The notes under the pieces are model-generated. The model saw only the letters and a program-made list of their open reading frames with translations, ran no database searches and was not told where the DNA came from. This document shows, piece by piece, positions 36,697-46,217 of a stretch of 64,000 nt of DNA. Location: the NCBI GenBank assembly GCA_036676805.1, contig JAKFCD010000074.1, forward strand, positions 40,072 to 104,071, read 5' to 3'. The stretch is from Elusimicrobiota bacterium (GTDB lineage Bacteria > Elusimicrobiota > Elusimicrobia > UBA1565 > UBA9628). Both the position numbers and the translations under genes were made by a program. Positions within the stretch are counted from its first letter, which is position 1. Each line of letters starts with the position of its first letter.

Positions 36697-38166
36697 TCAG
36701 CGGCCGAGCGGGAAGATCACGAGCTTGCCGTCGTCCCAGACCGGGGCGCCTTGGGCGCGAAGCCGCTTCCACATCTTGCCGTCGGGCTCGGCGAACATCC
36801 CGCGCTTCTCCGAGGCGATGAAGCGCGCGCCCTTGGCGGCATGCTCGTCAAGGAAATCCTGGACGGCGCCCACCGGCTGCGGGTCGAGCTCGCCCGACCA
36901 GCCGCGCCGGCCGAGATAGTACAGCAGGACCGACGGGGCGGGGCAGTTGGTCAGGAACAGGTCGCCCGGGGCGCTGACCGCCGCGGCGGCCCTGCCGGCG
37001 CCCTCGACGTAATCGTAGCCTTGACGGTACCAATGGCTGATGCGCAGGGCCGAGTGGGCGGGAACCGCGACGATCAGCAAGGCCAGGCCCGCGAACGCGA
37101 GGGCGCGGTATTTTTGAGGGGCGGCGGCTGCCTTCTCGCGCAGGGCCGCGACGCCGACGCCGATCAGGCCCGCCGCGACGGGCGCCAGCGGAAGCGCCGT
37201 GTACTCATGGGAGTGGGAATAGCCCGCCATCGCGAAAAGATGCGCGATCACGCCGAAGAACCAGGAAAGCCAGAACGCGTCTCGCTTATCCCATAAGACT
37301 CGGCGCGCCCCTACGGCCAGGAACGCGAGGCCCGCATAGGTCAGGACGACCTCGGGTATGCGGCTGAAGAGCTGGAACTGGATGAAGTACGGAAGGCGGG
37401 CATAGTCGAGCAGCGAGGAGTATTCCCCGGCGCGCGTCGGCACGACGTAGACGCCTTGGCGGGCGTGAAGGTACCAGGCGATGACGCCGCCCATCGCCGC
37501 GAGGCCGGCGGCGTGCATGCGCCAGTCCATCAGGGCCCCGCGTCCGAGCTTGCGCCAGGTCAAGCCCGCCAGCGGGATGAGGAGGTGGGCGTAGGGAAGC
37601 TTGAGCCCGACCGCGATGAACGCGCAGAACGCCGCGCCCGCCCACGCGCTCCAGGGGCGATCCGGCTCGAGGTGCCGGCTCCAGAAGCCGAGAGAGGCGA
37701 CCAGCGCGAGGAGCGCGGTCGCCTCGGGCTGAACGGTGCGGCCGAAGTAGACCTCGACGGGAAGGAGCGAGAAGATCGAGGCGCCCCAAAGCGCGGCCTC
37801 GCGCCCGAATTCCCTCTCGAAGAGGCCGAAGAGGAGCAGCGCCGTGAGCAAGGAGGCGGCCACGGAGAGCAGGCGCCCCCATTTCTCGCCGAGCCCCGCA
37901 AGGGGCCACAGCTTTCCGTACAGCCACATGTAGACCGGCAGTTCCGTCGCGGCGAGCCGGTCGGAGGGTCCGTCCCAGTCGATGCGGGGCTGATGGATCG
38001 GGCGGCCCCCTTGGTGATAGCCGCGCGCGATCGAGGCGGTGTTGACCTGGCGGTGGAAGTGGTAGTCGAGCAGCGGCGCGGTGAGGCCTTTCGCGTGGAC
38101 GAGGAGGGAGAAGAAGGCGACGACGGCCAGGCATAGGCCGCGGCGCTCGAGGACCGGTCCGATCAT
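36697..38166 (-). CDS. GT39/GT83 ArnT-like (GT-C) membrane glycosyltransferase
   Basis: The start MIGPVLERRGLCLAVVAFFSLLVHA overlaps the upstream stop (ATGA). ARGYHQGGRPIHQPRIDWDGP...ELPVYMW and multiple TM helices are present. The 858-aa table ORF is rejected as an alternate-frame extension over the methyltransferase gene. Confidence 0.75.
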   Translation of the reverse strand: MIGPVLERRGLCLAVVAFFSLLVHAKGLTAPLLDYHFHRQVNTASIARGYHQGGRPIHQPRIDWDGPSDRLAATELPVYMWLYGKLWPLAGLGEKWGRLLSVAASLLTALLLFGLFEREFGREAALWGASIFSLLPVEVYFGRTVQPEATALLALVASLGFWSRHLEPDRPWSAWAGAAFCAFIAVGLKLPYAHLLIPLAGLTWRKLGRGALMDWRMHAAGLAAMGGVIAWYLHARQGVYVVPTRAGEYSSLLDYARLPYFIQFQLFSRIPEVVLTYAGLAFLAVGARRVLWDKRDAFWLSWFFGVIAHLFAMAGYSHSHEYTALPLAPVAAGLIGVGVAALREKAAAAPQKYRALAFAGLALLIVAVPAHSALRISHWYRQGYDYVEGAGRAAAAVSAPGDLFLTNCPAPSVLLYYLGRRGWSGELDPQPVGAVQDFLDEHAAKGARFIASEKRGMFAEPDGKMWKRLRAQGAPVWDDGKLVIFPLGR

Positions 38167-39158
38167 TCCTTGAACGCGTACATCTCGAAAGTCCCGCCCG
38201 ACCGCAAAAGGGTCTCGAGAGCGGTCGCGACGACGACGAAGGGAACGAGGACGGGAAGCAGCAGGACGTGGGCCGCGGTCTGGAAAGGGTAGCGAAGGGC
38301 CGTGTCGGTGCGCGCCGTCGAGTTCTTGAGCAGGGAGTAGAGAAGGTTGAAGCGGAAGCCGGCGGCGTTGAAGAGGGACTGGAGCAGGCCGTAGGGGTTC
38401 TGCTCGAAGCTGAAATGGTCGAGCTGGACGACGCGGAAGCGGTGGCGCTGAAGGATCGCGTCGAGGGATTTGACGGTGAAGTGAAAATAGTGGCGGGGGG
38501 CGTCCACGTGGAACCAGCTGCCGCCGAACACGCGGGCCTGCCAGCTCCCGTAGTTCGGGACCGCGATGAAGAGGACGCCGCCGGGCTTGAGGAGCTCGTG
38601 GGCGCGCGCGACCGCGGCGACGGGATTGGCGAAGTGCTCGAGCGTGTGGCAGAAGATCACGGCGTTGTAGCGGTTCTTCTCGTGGGGGGAGGTGAGGAAA
38701 TCCCCGGTGGCCACCTCGAGCTTGAGGACGCGGCGGGCATGGTGGGCCGCGGTCTCGCTGAGCTCGAGGCCGTGGGCCTCGTAGCCGAGGTCGCGCATGT
38801 AGGAGAGCATCATGCCGCGGCCGCAGCCGACGTCGAGGACGGGCCCGCGGGGGACCCGGTTGAAGAGCACGGCGGCGCGCCGCTTTCGGAACCAGCGCAC
38901 CATGGCCTCGAAGAGCGGATTGAAGCGGACGTTTTCCTTCCCGTAGTATTGCTCGGGATACCACTTCCCGATCTCGTCGCCCGGAACCGGGGGCCAGGTT
39001 CGCCCGAAGCCGCAATCCGGGCAGGCGAGAAGCTCGAATCCCTCCTCGTTCGAAGGGGAGGCCGTCTCGGGGCCGTCGAACCCGCAGGCCGGGCAGCGCG
39101 CGGGGCGCCGGTCCTGGGAGGCGAGCTCGGGCTGAAAGCGGCTGGAGGAGGTCGTCAC
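38163..39158 (-). CDS. class I SAM-dependent methyltransferase with an N-terminal CxxC...CxxC zinc ribbon
   Basis: 331 aa with a GTG start. It has CPACGF...CPDCGF and VLDVGCGRGMM (motif I), then LKPGGVLFIAVPN. Confidence 0.85.
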   Translation of the reverse strand: MTTSSSRFQPELASQDRRPARCPACGFDGPETASPSNEEGFELLACPDCGFGRTWPPVPGDEIGKWYPEQYYGKENVRFNPLFEAMVRWFRKRRAAVLFNRVPRGPVLDVGCGRGMMLSYMRDLGYEAHGLELSETAAHHARRVLKLEVATGDFLTSPHEKNRYNAVIFCHTLEHFANPVAAVARAHELLKPGGVLFIAVPNYGSWQARVFGGSWFHVDAPRHYFHFTVKSLDAILQRHRFRVVQLDHFSFEQNPYGLLQSLFNAAGFRFNLLYSLLKNSTARTDTALRYPFQTAAHVLLLPVLVPFVVVATALETLLRSGGTFEMYAFKE

Positions 39159-39184
39159 GAGCGAAAATTATATAAAATTCGGCC

Positions 39185-40216
39185 ATGCAGAGACTCCTGG
39201 CCGTGGTCCTCGCGCTGTCCGCCGGCTCGATGACCGCCCACGGCCTTTTGCCCGACGAAGAGAACACGATCAAGGTGTTTAAATCCGCTTCGTCCTCGGT
39301 CGTCTACGTAACCAACGTCGCTATCACCCATAACCTCAACATGGACGAGCATGCCATCCCCCAGGGGACCGGCTCGGGCTATGTTTGGGACCGCCAGGGC
39401 CACATCGTCACCAATTTTCACGTCGTGCAGGGCGGCCACGCGTTTCTCGTGACGCTCGGCGATCAGACCCAGCTCGAGGCGCGGCTGATCGGCTCCGACC
39501 CGACGAAGGACATCGCCGTGCTCAAGGTCGAGAAAAGCCACGAGAAGCTCGTCCCCGTGCGCATGGCCAAGTTCGAGACCCTGCAGGTCGGCCAGAAGAC
39601 GATCGCGATCGGCAATCCGTTCGGCCTGGACCATACCCTGACGACGGGCGTGATCTCCGCGCTCGGCCGCGAGGTCCAGGGCGTCAGCGGCATCACGATC
39701 CGCGACATGATCCAGACCGACGCGGCGATCAACCCGGGGAACTCCGGCGGCCCCCTGCTCGATTCGGACGGGAACCTCATCGGGATGAACACGATGATCT
39801 TCAGCCGCTCGGGCGGCAGCTCGGGCATCGGCTTCGCCGTGCCGGTGTCGTTCATCGCCCGCATCGTCCCCGAGCTGATCAAGTTCGGCAAGGTCGTGCG
39901 GCCGGGGATGGGCATCACCATCCTGAGCACGGGGCAGAAGTACTACCTCATCGGCGACCGGCCCGGCGTCGTCGTCAACGAGGTCGCTCCCGGCGGGCCC
40001 GCCGCGAAGGCCGGGCTGCGCGGGCTGCGGCGCTTCCGGGGCGGGCGCGTGGCGCCCGGCGACATCATCGTCGGCGTCGAGTCCTTCGTCGTGCGCGACT
40101 TCGACGACCTCTACAACGCCCTCGACCGCTTCAAGCCGGGCGACACGGTGACCGTGAAGATCGAGCGGAGCGGCAAGCCGATGTCCTTGTCCGTGAAGCT
40201 CGTCAACATCCACTAG
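39185..40216 (+). CDS. HtrA/DegP-family serine protease (trypsin-like S1C plus PDZ domain)
   Basis: 343 aa with a signal peptide. The catalytic triad context is HIVTNFHVV, DIAVLKV and GNSGGPLL. A C-terminal PDZ domain is present. Confidence 0.9.
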   Translation: MQRLLAVVLALSAGSMTAHGLLPDEENTIKVFKSASSSVVYVTNVAITHNLNMDEHAIPQGTGSGYVWDRQGHIVTNFHVVQGGHAFLVTLGDQTQLEARLIGSDPTKDIAVLKVEKSHEKLVPVRMAKFETLQVGQKTIAIGNPFGLDHTLTTGVISALGREVQGVSGITIRDMIQTDAAINPGNSGGPLLDSDGNLIGMNTMIFSRSGGSSGIGFAVPVSFIARIVPELIKFGKVVRPGMGITILSTGQKYYLIGDRPGVVVNEVAPGGPAAKAGLRGLRRFRGGRVAPGDIIVGVESFVVRDFDDLYNALDRFKPGDTVTVKIERSGKPMSLSVKLVNIH

Positions 40217-40228
40217 CCGCGGGCGCGG

Positions 40229-41638
40229 CTACTTGACGGAAGGCAGGGCCGCGATCTCCGCGTACAGGTGCACGGCCGAGGCGATGGCCTTCTGGAACAT
40301 GCCCAGGTGCAGGCTTTCGTTCTCGGAGTGCGGGTTGGAGAGCGGGTCCTCGACGCCTATCAGCAGCGCGGGGGCTCCTTGCAGGGCTTTGGCGAAGGGT
40401 CCCACGAACGGGATCGAGCCGCCGCAGCCCATATCCACGGCCGCCCGGCCGTAGCCCTTTTTGAGCGCCGCGCGCGCGGCGGTGAAGGCGGGCGCGTCGG
40501 TGTCCGTCGTCCAGGACGGGCTCGCCGTCTCGCCGGAGAACTCCACCTTGACGCCCCAGGGGGCGTGCTTGAGCAGGTGCTTCTTGAGGTCGGCGAGGGT
40601 CTTCTTGGGGTTCATGCCGGGGACCACGCGGATGCCCATGTGCGCCCAGACGGAGTCGTTGATGATGTTCGCGCAGTCCTTCTTCGAGGAGGCCTGGATC
40701 GCGTTGACCGAGAAGGAGGGCAGGTACCAGTTGGAGCGCAGGATGTCCTTCGGCTTCACCATCAATTTCGTGCTCTTGAACAGGCCGCTCTGCTCGCGGA
40801 AGGTCTTCTCGGTGAGCTTGAGCGCCTTGAGGCTGGCCTCGGAGGCTTTCGCGGGCTTGGCGACGTCCTTATAGATGCCGGGGATCGTCATGCGCCCCTG
40901 GGCGTCGACGACGGAGGCGATCATCTTCGACAGCGCCAGGACGGGGTCGGCGACGGGGCCGCCCCACATGCCGGAGTGGAGCGGATGGTCCATCGAGCGC
41001 ACGGTCACGTCGAGGGCGACGATGCCGCGCAGGGCGACGGTGATCGACGGGGTCTCGTGGTCGAAGTTGCCGGTGTCGGTGAGCACGATCACGTCGGCCA
41101 TGACCTTCTCCGCGTACTTCTGAAGGAAGGGCTCCAGGTTGTCCGAGCCGCACTCCTCCTCGCCCTCGATGATCAATTTAACGTTGACCGGCAATGAGCC
41201 GTGAGTCTTGAGCCAGGAGGCGATCGCGCTCGTGTGGGCGACGGCGCCGGCCTTGTCGTCGGCGCAGCCGCGGCCGAACAGGCGTCCGTCGCGCTCGGTG
41301 GGCTCGAAGGGCGGAGACTTCCACAGCTCCTCGCGTCCCGCGGGCTGGACGTCGTGGTGCGCGTAAAGCAGAAGGGTGGGCTTGCCCGGGGCGTGCAGCC
41401 AGTCCGCGTACACGTAGGGGTGCGCGCCGGGCAAGGTCAGAATCTCGACGTTCTCGAGCCCGCGCGCCTTGCACAGGGCTGCGACGGCCTCGGCGGAACG
41501 GACGACCTCCTTCGGGTCGAACCCGGGGAACGAGACGCTCGGTATGCGGGCCAGCGCCTTCAAGTCCTCGAGGAACTCGGAGTTGTGGTCGTCGGCGTAC
41601 AGCGCGGCAACGGCGGATTGGGAGGAAAGATCGCTCAT
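40229..41638 (-). CDS. M20-family dipeptidase/peptidase (PepV/ArgE/DapE-like)
   Basis: It has HHDVQP, GRGCADDKAG and IIEGEEECGS, the M20 metal-binding motifs. The start is probably MSDLSS (41638). The table start is 41674. Confidence 0.85.
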   Translation of the reverse strand: MSDLSSQSAVAALYADDHNSEFLEDLKALARIPSVSFPGFDPKEVVRSAEAVAALCKARGLENVEILTLPGAHPYVYADWLHAPGKPTLLLYAHHDVQPAGREELWKSPPFEPTERDGRLFGRGCADDKAGAVAHTSAIASWLKTHGSLPVNVKLIIEGEEECGSDNLEPFLQKYAEKVMADVIVLTDTGNFDHETPSITVALRGIVALDVTVRSMDHPLHSGMWGGPVADPVLALSKMIASVVDAQGRMTIPGIYKDVAKPAKASEASLKALKLTEKTFREQSGLFKSTKLMVKPKDILRSNWYLPSFSVNAIQASSKKDCANIINDSVWAHMGIRVVPGMNPKKTLADLKKHLLKHAPWGVKVEFSGETASPSWTTDTDAPAFTAARAALKKGYGRAAVDMGCGGSIPFVGPFAKALQGAPALLIGVEDPLSNPHSENESLHLGMFQKAIASAVHLYAEIAALPSVK

Positions 41639-41693
41639 GAATCCGATCATACAAATACGGAGGCGTCGGGCCAAAGTTGATAGAATCGGCTGA

Positions 41694-42773
41694 ATGCCGA
41701 TCCTGCCGCGCTACGTCCTGCGCCAGTTCCTGCCGGTTTTCGCGGCCAGCCTCGCCCTGTTCCTGGGCGTGCTGCTGATGAACCAGTTCCTGCGGCTGTT
41801 CTCGCTGGCGATGATGAAGGGCATCCCGGTCTGGTGGATCCTCAGCTGCTTCGCCCGGCTGCTCCCCTCGCTGGCCGCCCTGGCCGTGCCGATGTCCTTC
41901 CTCGTGGCGGCGATGATCGTCCTGGGTCAGCTCGCCGACAGCGGCGAGGTGATGGCCCTGCGCGCCAGCGGCTTCTCGTATCGCGAGATCACCCGGCCCC
42001 TGCTCTGGGCGGCCATCGTCCTGTCGGCGTCCCTGCTCGTCATCAATCACAAGCTGGGGCCCGAGGGGTTCCATTCCTTCAAGAAACGCACGAGCGAGGC
42101 GGCGCAGAAGGTGGCGCGCGTGGATCTGCGTTCCCGCTCCTTCACCACGCTCGGGCCGTGGCGCCTCTACGCGCGCGGCGCGGACGCCAAGACGGGCGCG
42201 CTCGAGGGGGTCTACCTCGTCAAGCCGGGCCAGTCGTCCGGCATGCGCATCAACGCCGAGAAGGGACGGCTCTCCTCGGACCCCGGCAAGGGCATCATGC
42301 TCGAGCTGCTCGACGGCCAGCTCCAGCTGCCGAGCCGCCAGCCGGAGCGGTTCACCTCCGGCCGCTTCGAGCGCTACAGCGTGTTCGTGCCGCTGACCGC
42401 CGCCGCGGAGCCGCGCGAGCTCACCATGCAGGAGATGAACACCTCTCTTCTGCGCGCGAAGGCCGCCGACCCGGCGACGCCGGCCGACCGGCGCCTGGAG
42501 TACCGCGTCGAGGCGGCCGTGCGGACGGTCGGCGCGCTTTCGCCGTTCGTCTTCTTCTGGGTCGGCGTCCCGCTCGGCATGGCCAAGCGCCGCACGCGCG
42601 GCGCGGACCTCGCCGCCAGCCTCGGCGTCATGTTCGTCTTCTACGGCCTGCTCGTCGTGGGGATCAGCCTGGGCCGCCGCCACGAGGCTCTGGCCTCGTT
42701 CGCCCCGTGGCTGTGCAACGCCGCGGGCCTGCTCGCCGGCGCCGTCCTGACCCGCAGGGCGGCGGCCCAGTGA
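41694..42773 (+). CDS. lptF: LPS export ABC transporter permease LptF (YjgP/YjgQ family)
   Basis: 359 aa. PILPRYVLRQFLPVFAASLALFLGVLLMNQ is followed by 6 TM helices and a periplasmic beta-jellyroll insert. Confidence 0.85.
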   Translation: MPILPRYVLRQFLPVFAASLALFLGVLLMNQFLRLFSLAMMKGIPVWWILSCFARLLPSLAALAVPMSFLVAAMIVLGQLADSGEVMALRASGFSYREITRPLLWAAIVLSASLLVINHKLGPEGFHSFKKRTSEAAQKVARVDLRSRSFTTLGPWRLYARGADAKTGALEGVYLVKPGQSSGMRINAEKGRLSSDPGKGIMLELLDGQLQLPSRQPERFTSGRFERYSVFVPLTAAAEPRELTMQEMNTSLLRAKAADPATPADRRLEYRVEAAVRTVGALSPFVFFWVGVPLGMAKRRTRGADLAASLGVMFVFYGLLVVGISLGRRHEALASFAPWLCNAAGLLAGAVLTRRAAAQ

Positions 42774-43843
42774 CGATTTACACGCGCTACATGGTCGGCC
42801 GCTTCGTGAGGCCCTTCGCCTTCGGCCTAGGCCTGTTCGCCGTGCTCATATTCCTCGGCGACACCTTCGACAAGATGAACCCGATCATGCGCTCCCGCGC
42901 CCCGCTGCTGACCATACTCGAGTGCCTTTGGCTCGAGGTCCCCTACTGGGCCGGGCGCGTGATCCCGATGGCGACCTTGCTCGCGACGCTCGTGGCGATC
43001 GGCGGCTTCGTGCAGAGCGGCGAGTGGCTCGCGTCCCAGTCCTGCGGCATCGAGACGAAGCGCTTCTGGCTGCCGGTGCTGGGCTGCGCCCTGGGCGTGT
43101 CGGTGCTGGCCTTCGTCGCGCAGGAGACCGTCATGCCGGCGGCCTGGGCCCGCTCCCGGCGGCTGTGGCGCGAGAAGGTGCACCCCGAATGGGAGTGGAC
43201 CAAGTACCAGAACGTCGCTTTGCTCGGCGGCGAGGACCAGTTCGTGCAGGCCTGGCTGTTCCTGCCCAAGGAGGGCAAGCTAGAGCGGCCGATCCTCGAG
43301 ACGATGGGCGCCCGCGGCGTGACGCGCCAGCTGGACGCGAGAAACGCGTTCTGGGACCCGGCCCGTTCCCGCTGGGTCTTTCACGACGGCGTCGAGCGCG
43401 TGTTCGGCGAGAAAGGCGTCGTGGAGAAGCCCTTCGAGAGCAAGGTGTCGGACCTGGACGCCCCGCCGTTGAGCCTCGTGCCGCGCGCGATGAGCCCCGA
43501 CGAGATGACGATCCGCGAGGCGCTCGTCTACGCCCGGCGCGTCGGCCGCTTCGGCGGCTCCCCGCGCGAGTACGAGGTCGCGGCGATGGCGAAGATCGCC
43601 TACCCGTTCACGAACCTGATCATCTGCGCGCTAGGCATCCCGATCGCGCTGCGCCTGCGAAAGTTTTCCCGCGTCCTGAGCTTTTGCGCGGCGCTGGGGC
43701 TTTCCTTCATCTTCCTCTGGATGATGGAGATCGGGCGCACCCTCGGCGTGAGCGGCGTGCTGCCGCCGTTCGCCTCGGCGTGGATGGCCAACGCCCTCTT
43801 CGGCTCGCTCGCCCTGTTCCTGATCCGGCGCTGGGATCTTTAA
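42770..43843 (+). CDS. lptG: LPS export ABC transporter permease LptG (YjgP/YjgQ family)
   Basis: The GTG start overlaps the lptF stop (GTGA). It begins TIYTRYMVGRFVRPFAFGLGLFAVLIFLGD. The ATG at 42788 is an alternative start. Confidence 0.8.
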   Translation: MTIYTRYMVGRFVRPFAFGLGLFAVLIFLGDTFDKMNPIMRSRAPLLTILECLWLEVPYWAGRVIPMATLLATLVAIGGFVQSGEWLASQSCGIETKRFWLPVLGCALGVSVLAFVAQETVMPAAWARSRRLWREKVHPEWEWTKYQNVALLGGEDQFVQAWLFLPKEGKLERPILETMGARGVTRQLDARNAFWDPARSRWVFHDGVERVFGEKGVVEKPFESKVSDLDAPPLSLVPRAMSPDEMTIREALVYARRVGRFGGSPREYEVAAMAKIAYPFTNLIICALGIPIALRLRKFSRVLSFCAALGLSFIFLWMMEIGRTLGVSGVLPPFASAWMANALFGSLALFLIRRWDL

Positions 43844-43844
43844 A

Positions 43845-45224
43845 TCACGGCTTCGCGGCGGGCGTCCGCTGGAGCTCCTCGACCTTGAGGTCCTCCTGGG
43901 CCTTGTCGGCCGCCTTGCGGATCGTCTCCGTGGAGGCGGGCTGATCGTCCGCCGGAGGGGCGGCTTTCCATTCGCGCTTGGGCGCCGCGGGCTCCTCGTC
44001 GGCGCCGCCGAAGAGAAAGCTCAACTGGAAGCCCAGGGCCAGCTCGCGGGGCATCTTCTTCTGCTCGCCCTGGCTCTCGGTGGTCACCCGCTTGCCGCTG
44101 ACCGCGGCCGAGGCCTCGAGGGTCACGTGCAGGAAGTTTAGGCCGGCGCCGAGCGTGAGCACGTTGCCGGCCGAGGGCTCCGCGGTGTTGCGCATCAGCC
44201 CGACGCGCAGGGGGATGTTGAGCCAGGAGCGGTTGAACACGTTGAACTCGCTGCCCACGCCGAACTGGCGGCTGGCGGCGTTGTCGACGGGCGTGAGGTT
44301 GCGCGTCAGGTCGAGGTCCGCGGCGAGGTTCCACCAGCTGAGGGGAGTGATCGACGCGCCCAGGCGCACCTGCGGGTTCACGGCGAAGCGGCCGGGCAGG
44401 CCCGCCGCGGCGGCCGCCGCGGGCCGATTGAACTTGGGGTTGTTGAGGTTGCGGCCGACCACGCCGACGCGGGGCTTGAGCGCCATGCCGCCGAAGCTGC
44501 GGTCGAGGTCCCAAAGCGCGCCGGCGTCCACGCCGAAGCTCGAGCTCCTGGCCGCGCCGTCCTTGAGCTTGTCGATGATGTCGTCCTGGCTGTTGTCGTT
44601 GCGCAGGACGAAGTAGTCGGCGTGGCCGACCTGGGCGTTCATGAGCTTCAGGGCCCCCCCGAGGTACAGCCCGGGCGCGAAGGGCAGCTCGCGGCCGTAC
44701 GCGGCGCCGAGCTCGGCGATGTTGGCGCCTTTGACGATGAGCTTGGAATTGTTGGTGCCGTTCTGTATCTCGGGCGCGGTCGCGTTGTTGCGGTCCACCT
44801 GCGGCACCGCGCCGATATGGCTGAAGCCGTTGAGGAAGGCGGCGAATCGGCCCATCTTCAAGTCGGCCCCGAAGCCGCCGTCCACGCGCAGGCCGCTGCC
44901 GGGCTGGTCGAATTTATTGAGGGCGTCGTTGATCTCGCCGTCGGTCGGGGCCGTGCCGCGGTCCCTGAGATTCTCGAGGTTATTGGCGCCCTCGATCACC
45001 GAGCCGGTCACCGCGGCGTGCACGCCGAGAGGGATGGCCAGGCCGTTCTGGGACGGCCGCCCGAGCGCGCCCGGGTTCCAATACGCGGCCAGCGGCCCCT
45101 TCGTCGAGGCGACGCCGGCGCCTCCCATTCCGACGGAGCGCGCGCCCAGGGCGTGCCATTCGAGGGCGGAGGCGGGCGCGGCGGCCAGCAGCAGGGCGGC
45201 GAGGGGGAAAAGGGATGCTTTCAT
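43845..45224 (-). CDS. PorV/PorQ-like (UPF0164/FadL-superfamily-like) outer-membrane beta-barrel protein, paralog of 1157..2092
   Basis: 459 aa with a signal peptide. The N-terminal motif GARSVGMGGAGVASTKGPLAAYWNPGAL is shared with the 1157..2092 protein. It has beta-barrel character and a C-terminal Glu/Lys-rich tail. Confidence 0.6.
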   Translation of the reverse strand: MKASLFPLAALLLAAAPASALEWHALGARSVGMGGAGVASTKGPLAAYWNPGALGRPSQNGLAIPLGVHAAVTGSVIEGANNLENLRDRGTAPTDGEINDALNKFDQPGSGLRVDGGFGADLKMGRFAAFLNGFSHIGAVPQVDRNNATAPEIQNGTNNSKLIVKGANIAELGAAYGRELPFAPGLYLGGALKLMNAQVGHADYFVLRNDNSQDDIIDKLKDGAARSSSFGVDAGALWDLDRSFGGMALKPRVGVVGRNLNNPKFNRPAAAAAAGLPGRFAVNPQVRLGASITPLSWWNLAADLDLTRNLTPVDNAASRQFGVGSEFNVFNRSWLNIPLRVGLMRNTAEPSAGNVLTLGAGLNFLHVTLEASAAVSGKRVTTESQGEQKKMPRELALGFQLSFLFGGADEEPAAPKREWKAAPPADDQPASTETIRKAADKAQEDLKVEELQRTPAAKP

Positions 45225-45268
45225 GCCGGAAGTATGGCAAATCCACGACGACGGGGATATACTTCGGC

Positions 45269-46159
45269 GTGGTCATCTCCCGGGGTCTTGTCGCCTTGGC
45301 CATCCTCCTTTGCTCCGCCTCGTCCGGCCGGGCTGCCGCCGCTTTCGGCGACGGCGTCAACCTTCAGCCGTCGTACTACGCCGACGGCCGCCCCGACTTC
45401 GGCTGGGAGCTGATGAAGCGCTATAAGAAGATCAAGACCGTCCGCATCGAGATCGAGCCCGACAAGGCGGTCCAGGCCAAGGAGTGGATCGCCCAGGCCC
45501 ACGCCCACGGCTACGCGGTGATCGCGACCTATCACAAGGTCTCGGCCCTGGGTTCCGACGAGGCCGCGGAGCTGCTCGCCGCGGCGGAGTGGTGGCGCCG
45601 GCATTACGCCGGCCTCTCGGCCTCCGGGCCCGTCACCGTCAACCTGATGAACGAATGGGGCAGCCACGCGCTTTCGCCCGCGGCCTACGCGAACGCGTAC
45701 AACGACGCGATCAGCGTCGTGCGCAAGGTCTACTCCGGTCCGATCATCATCGACGTGCCGGGCTGGGGCCAGGAGACGGCCGTCGCCGCCGACGCGGTCA
45801 AGGGCCGCAAGGGCGCGGCCATCGCGGACCCCGGCGTCATCCTCTCGGTGCACGTCTATCCGGCGGGCTGGAACCAGGCGCTGAGGCACCCGCTGCGCGC
45901 GTCGGACCTAGACGACCTCGAAAGCGCGGGGCGGCCCTGCATCATCGGCGAGTTCGGAAGCGGCGGGACCGGCAAGGCCGACTGGGCCGGGCTCGTCGCG
46001 CACGCCAAGAAAAAGGGCTGGCCCGTCCTCGGCTGGGCGTGGAACGGCGACGGCGGCGGCATGAACATGGCCGCTCCGTCATGGTCGAGCGAACCCCATG
46101 CGGCCTCGTTTACGCCCTCTTCCTACTTCGATTCGATCTACTCCCGCCTGGGCCCTTAA
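45269..46159 (+). CDS. glycoside hydrolase, clan GH-A (GH5-like)
   Basis: The GTG start gives the signal peptide VVISRGLVALAILLCSASSGRAAAAF. VNLMNEWG supplies the acid/base Glu and IIGEFG the nucleophile Glu. The table start 45215 would overlap the divergent gene. Confidence 0.75.
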   Translation: MVISRGLVALAILLCSASSGRAAAAFGDGVNLQPSYYADGRPDFGWELMKRYKKIKTVRIEIEPDKAVQAKEWIAQAHAHGYAVIATYHKVSALGSDEAAELLAAAEWWRRHYAGLSASGPVTVNLMNEWGSHALSPAAYANAYNDAISVVRKVYSGPIIIDVPGWGQETAVAADAVKGRKGAAIADPGVILSVHVYPAGWNQALRHPLRASDLDDLESAGRPCIIGEFGSGGTGKADWAGLVAHAKKKGWPVLGWAWNGDGGGMNMAAPSWSSEPHAASFTPSSYFDSIYSRLGP

Positions 46160-46165
46160 AAAAGG

Positions 46166-46193
46166 GACCGGCGGCCCCGAGGGGCCGCCGGTC
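46166..46193. terminator. bidirectional rho-independent terminator between the convergent GH5 and metalloprotease genes
   Basis: The 13-bp stem is GACCGGCGGCCCC / GGGGCCGCCGGTC. It is flanked by an A7 run on the + strand, which is a T7 run for the minus-strand transcript. Confidence 0.6.
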
Positions 46194-46217
46194 GGTTTCT
46201 CCTGGTGAGGAGAGCGT

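Noticed and set aside
36697-39273. 858-aa minus-strand ORF
   Set aside because: The real gene starts at MIGPV (38166). The upstream 370 codons are an alternate-frame read-through across the genuine methyltransferase gene 38163..39158 and are Arg/Pro-rich.
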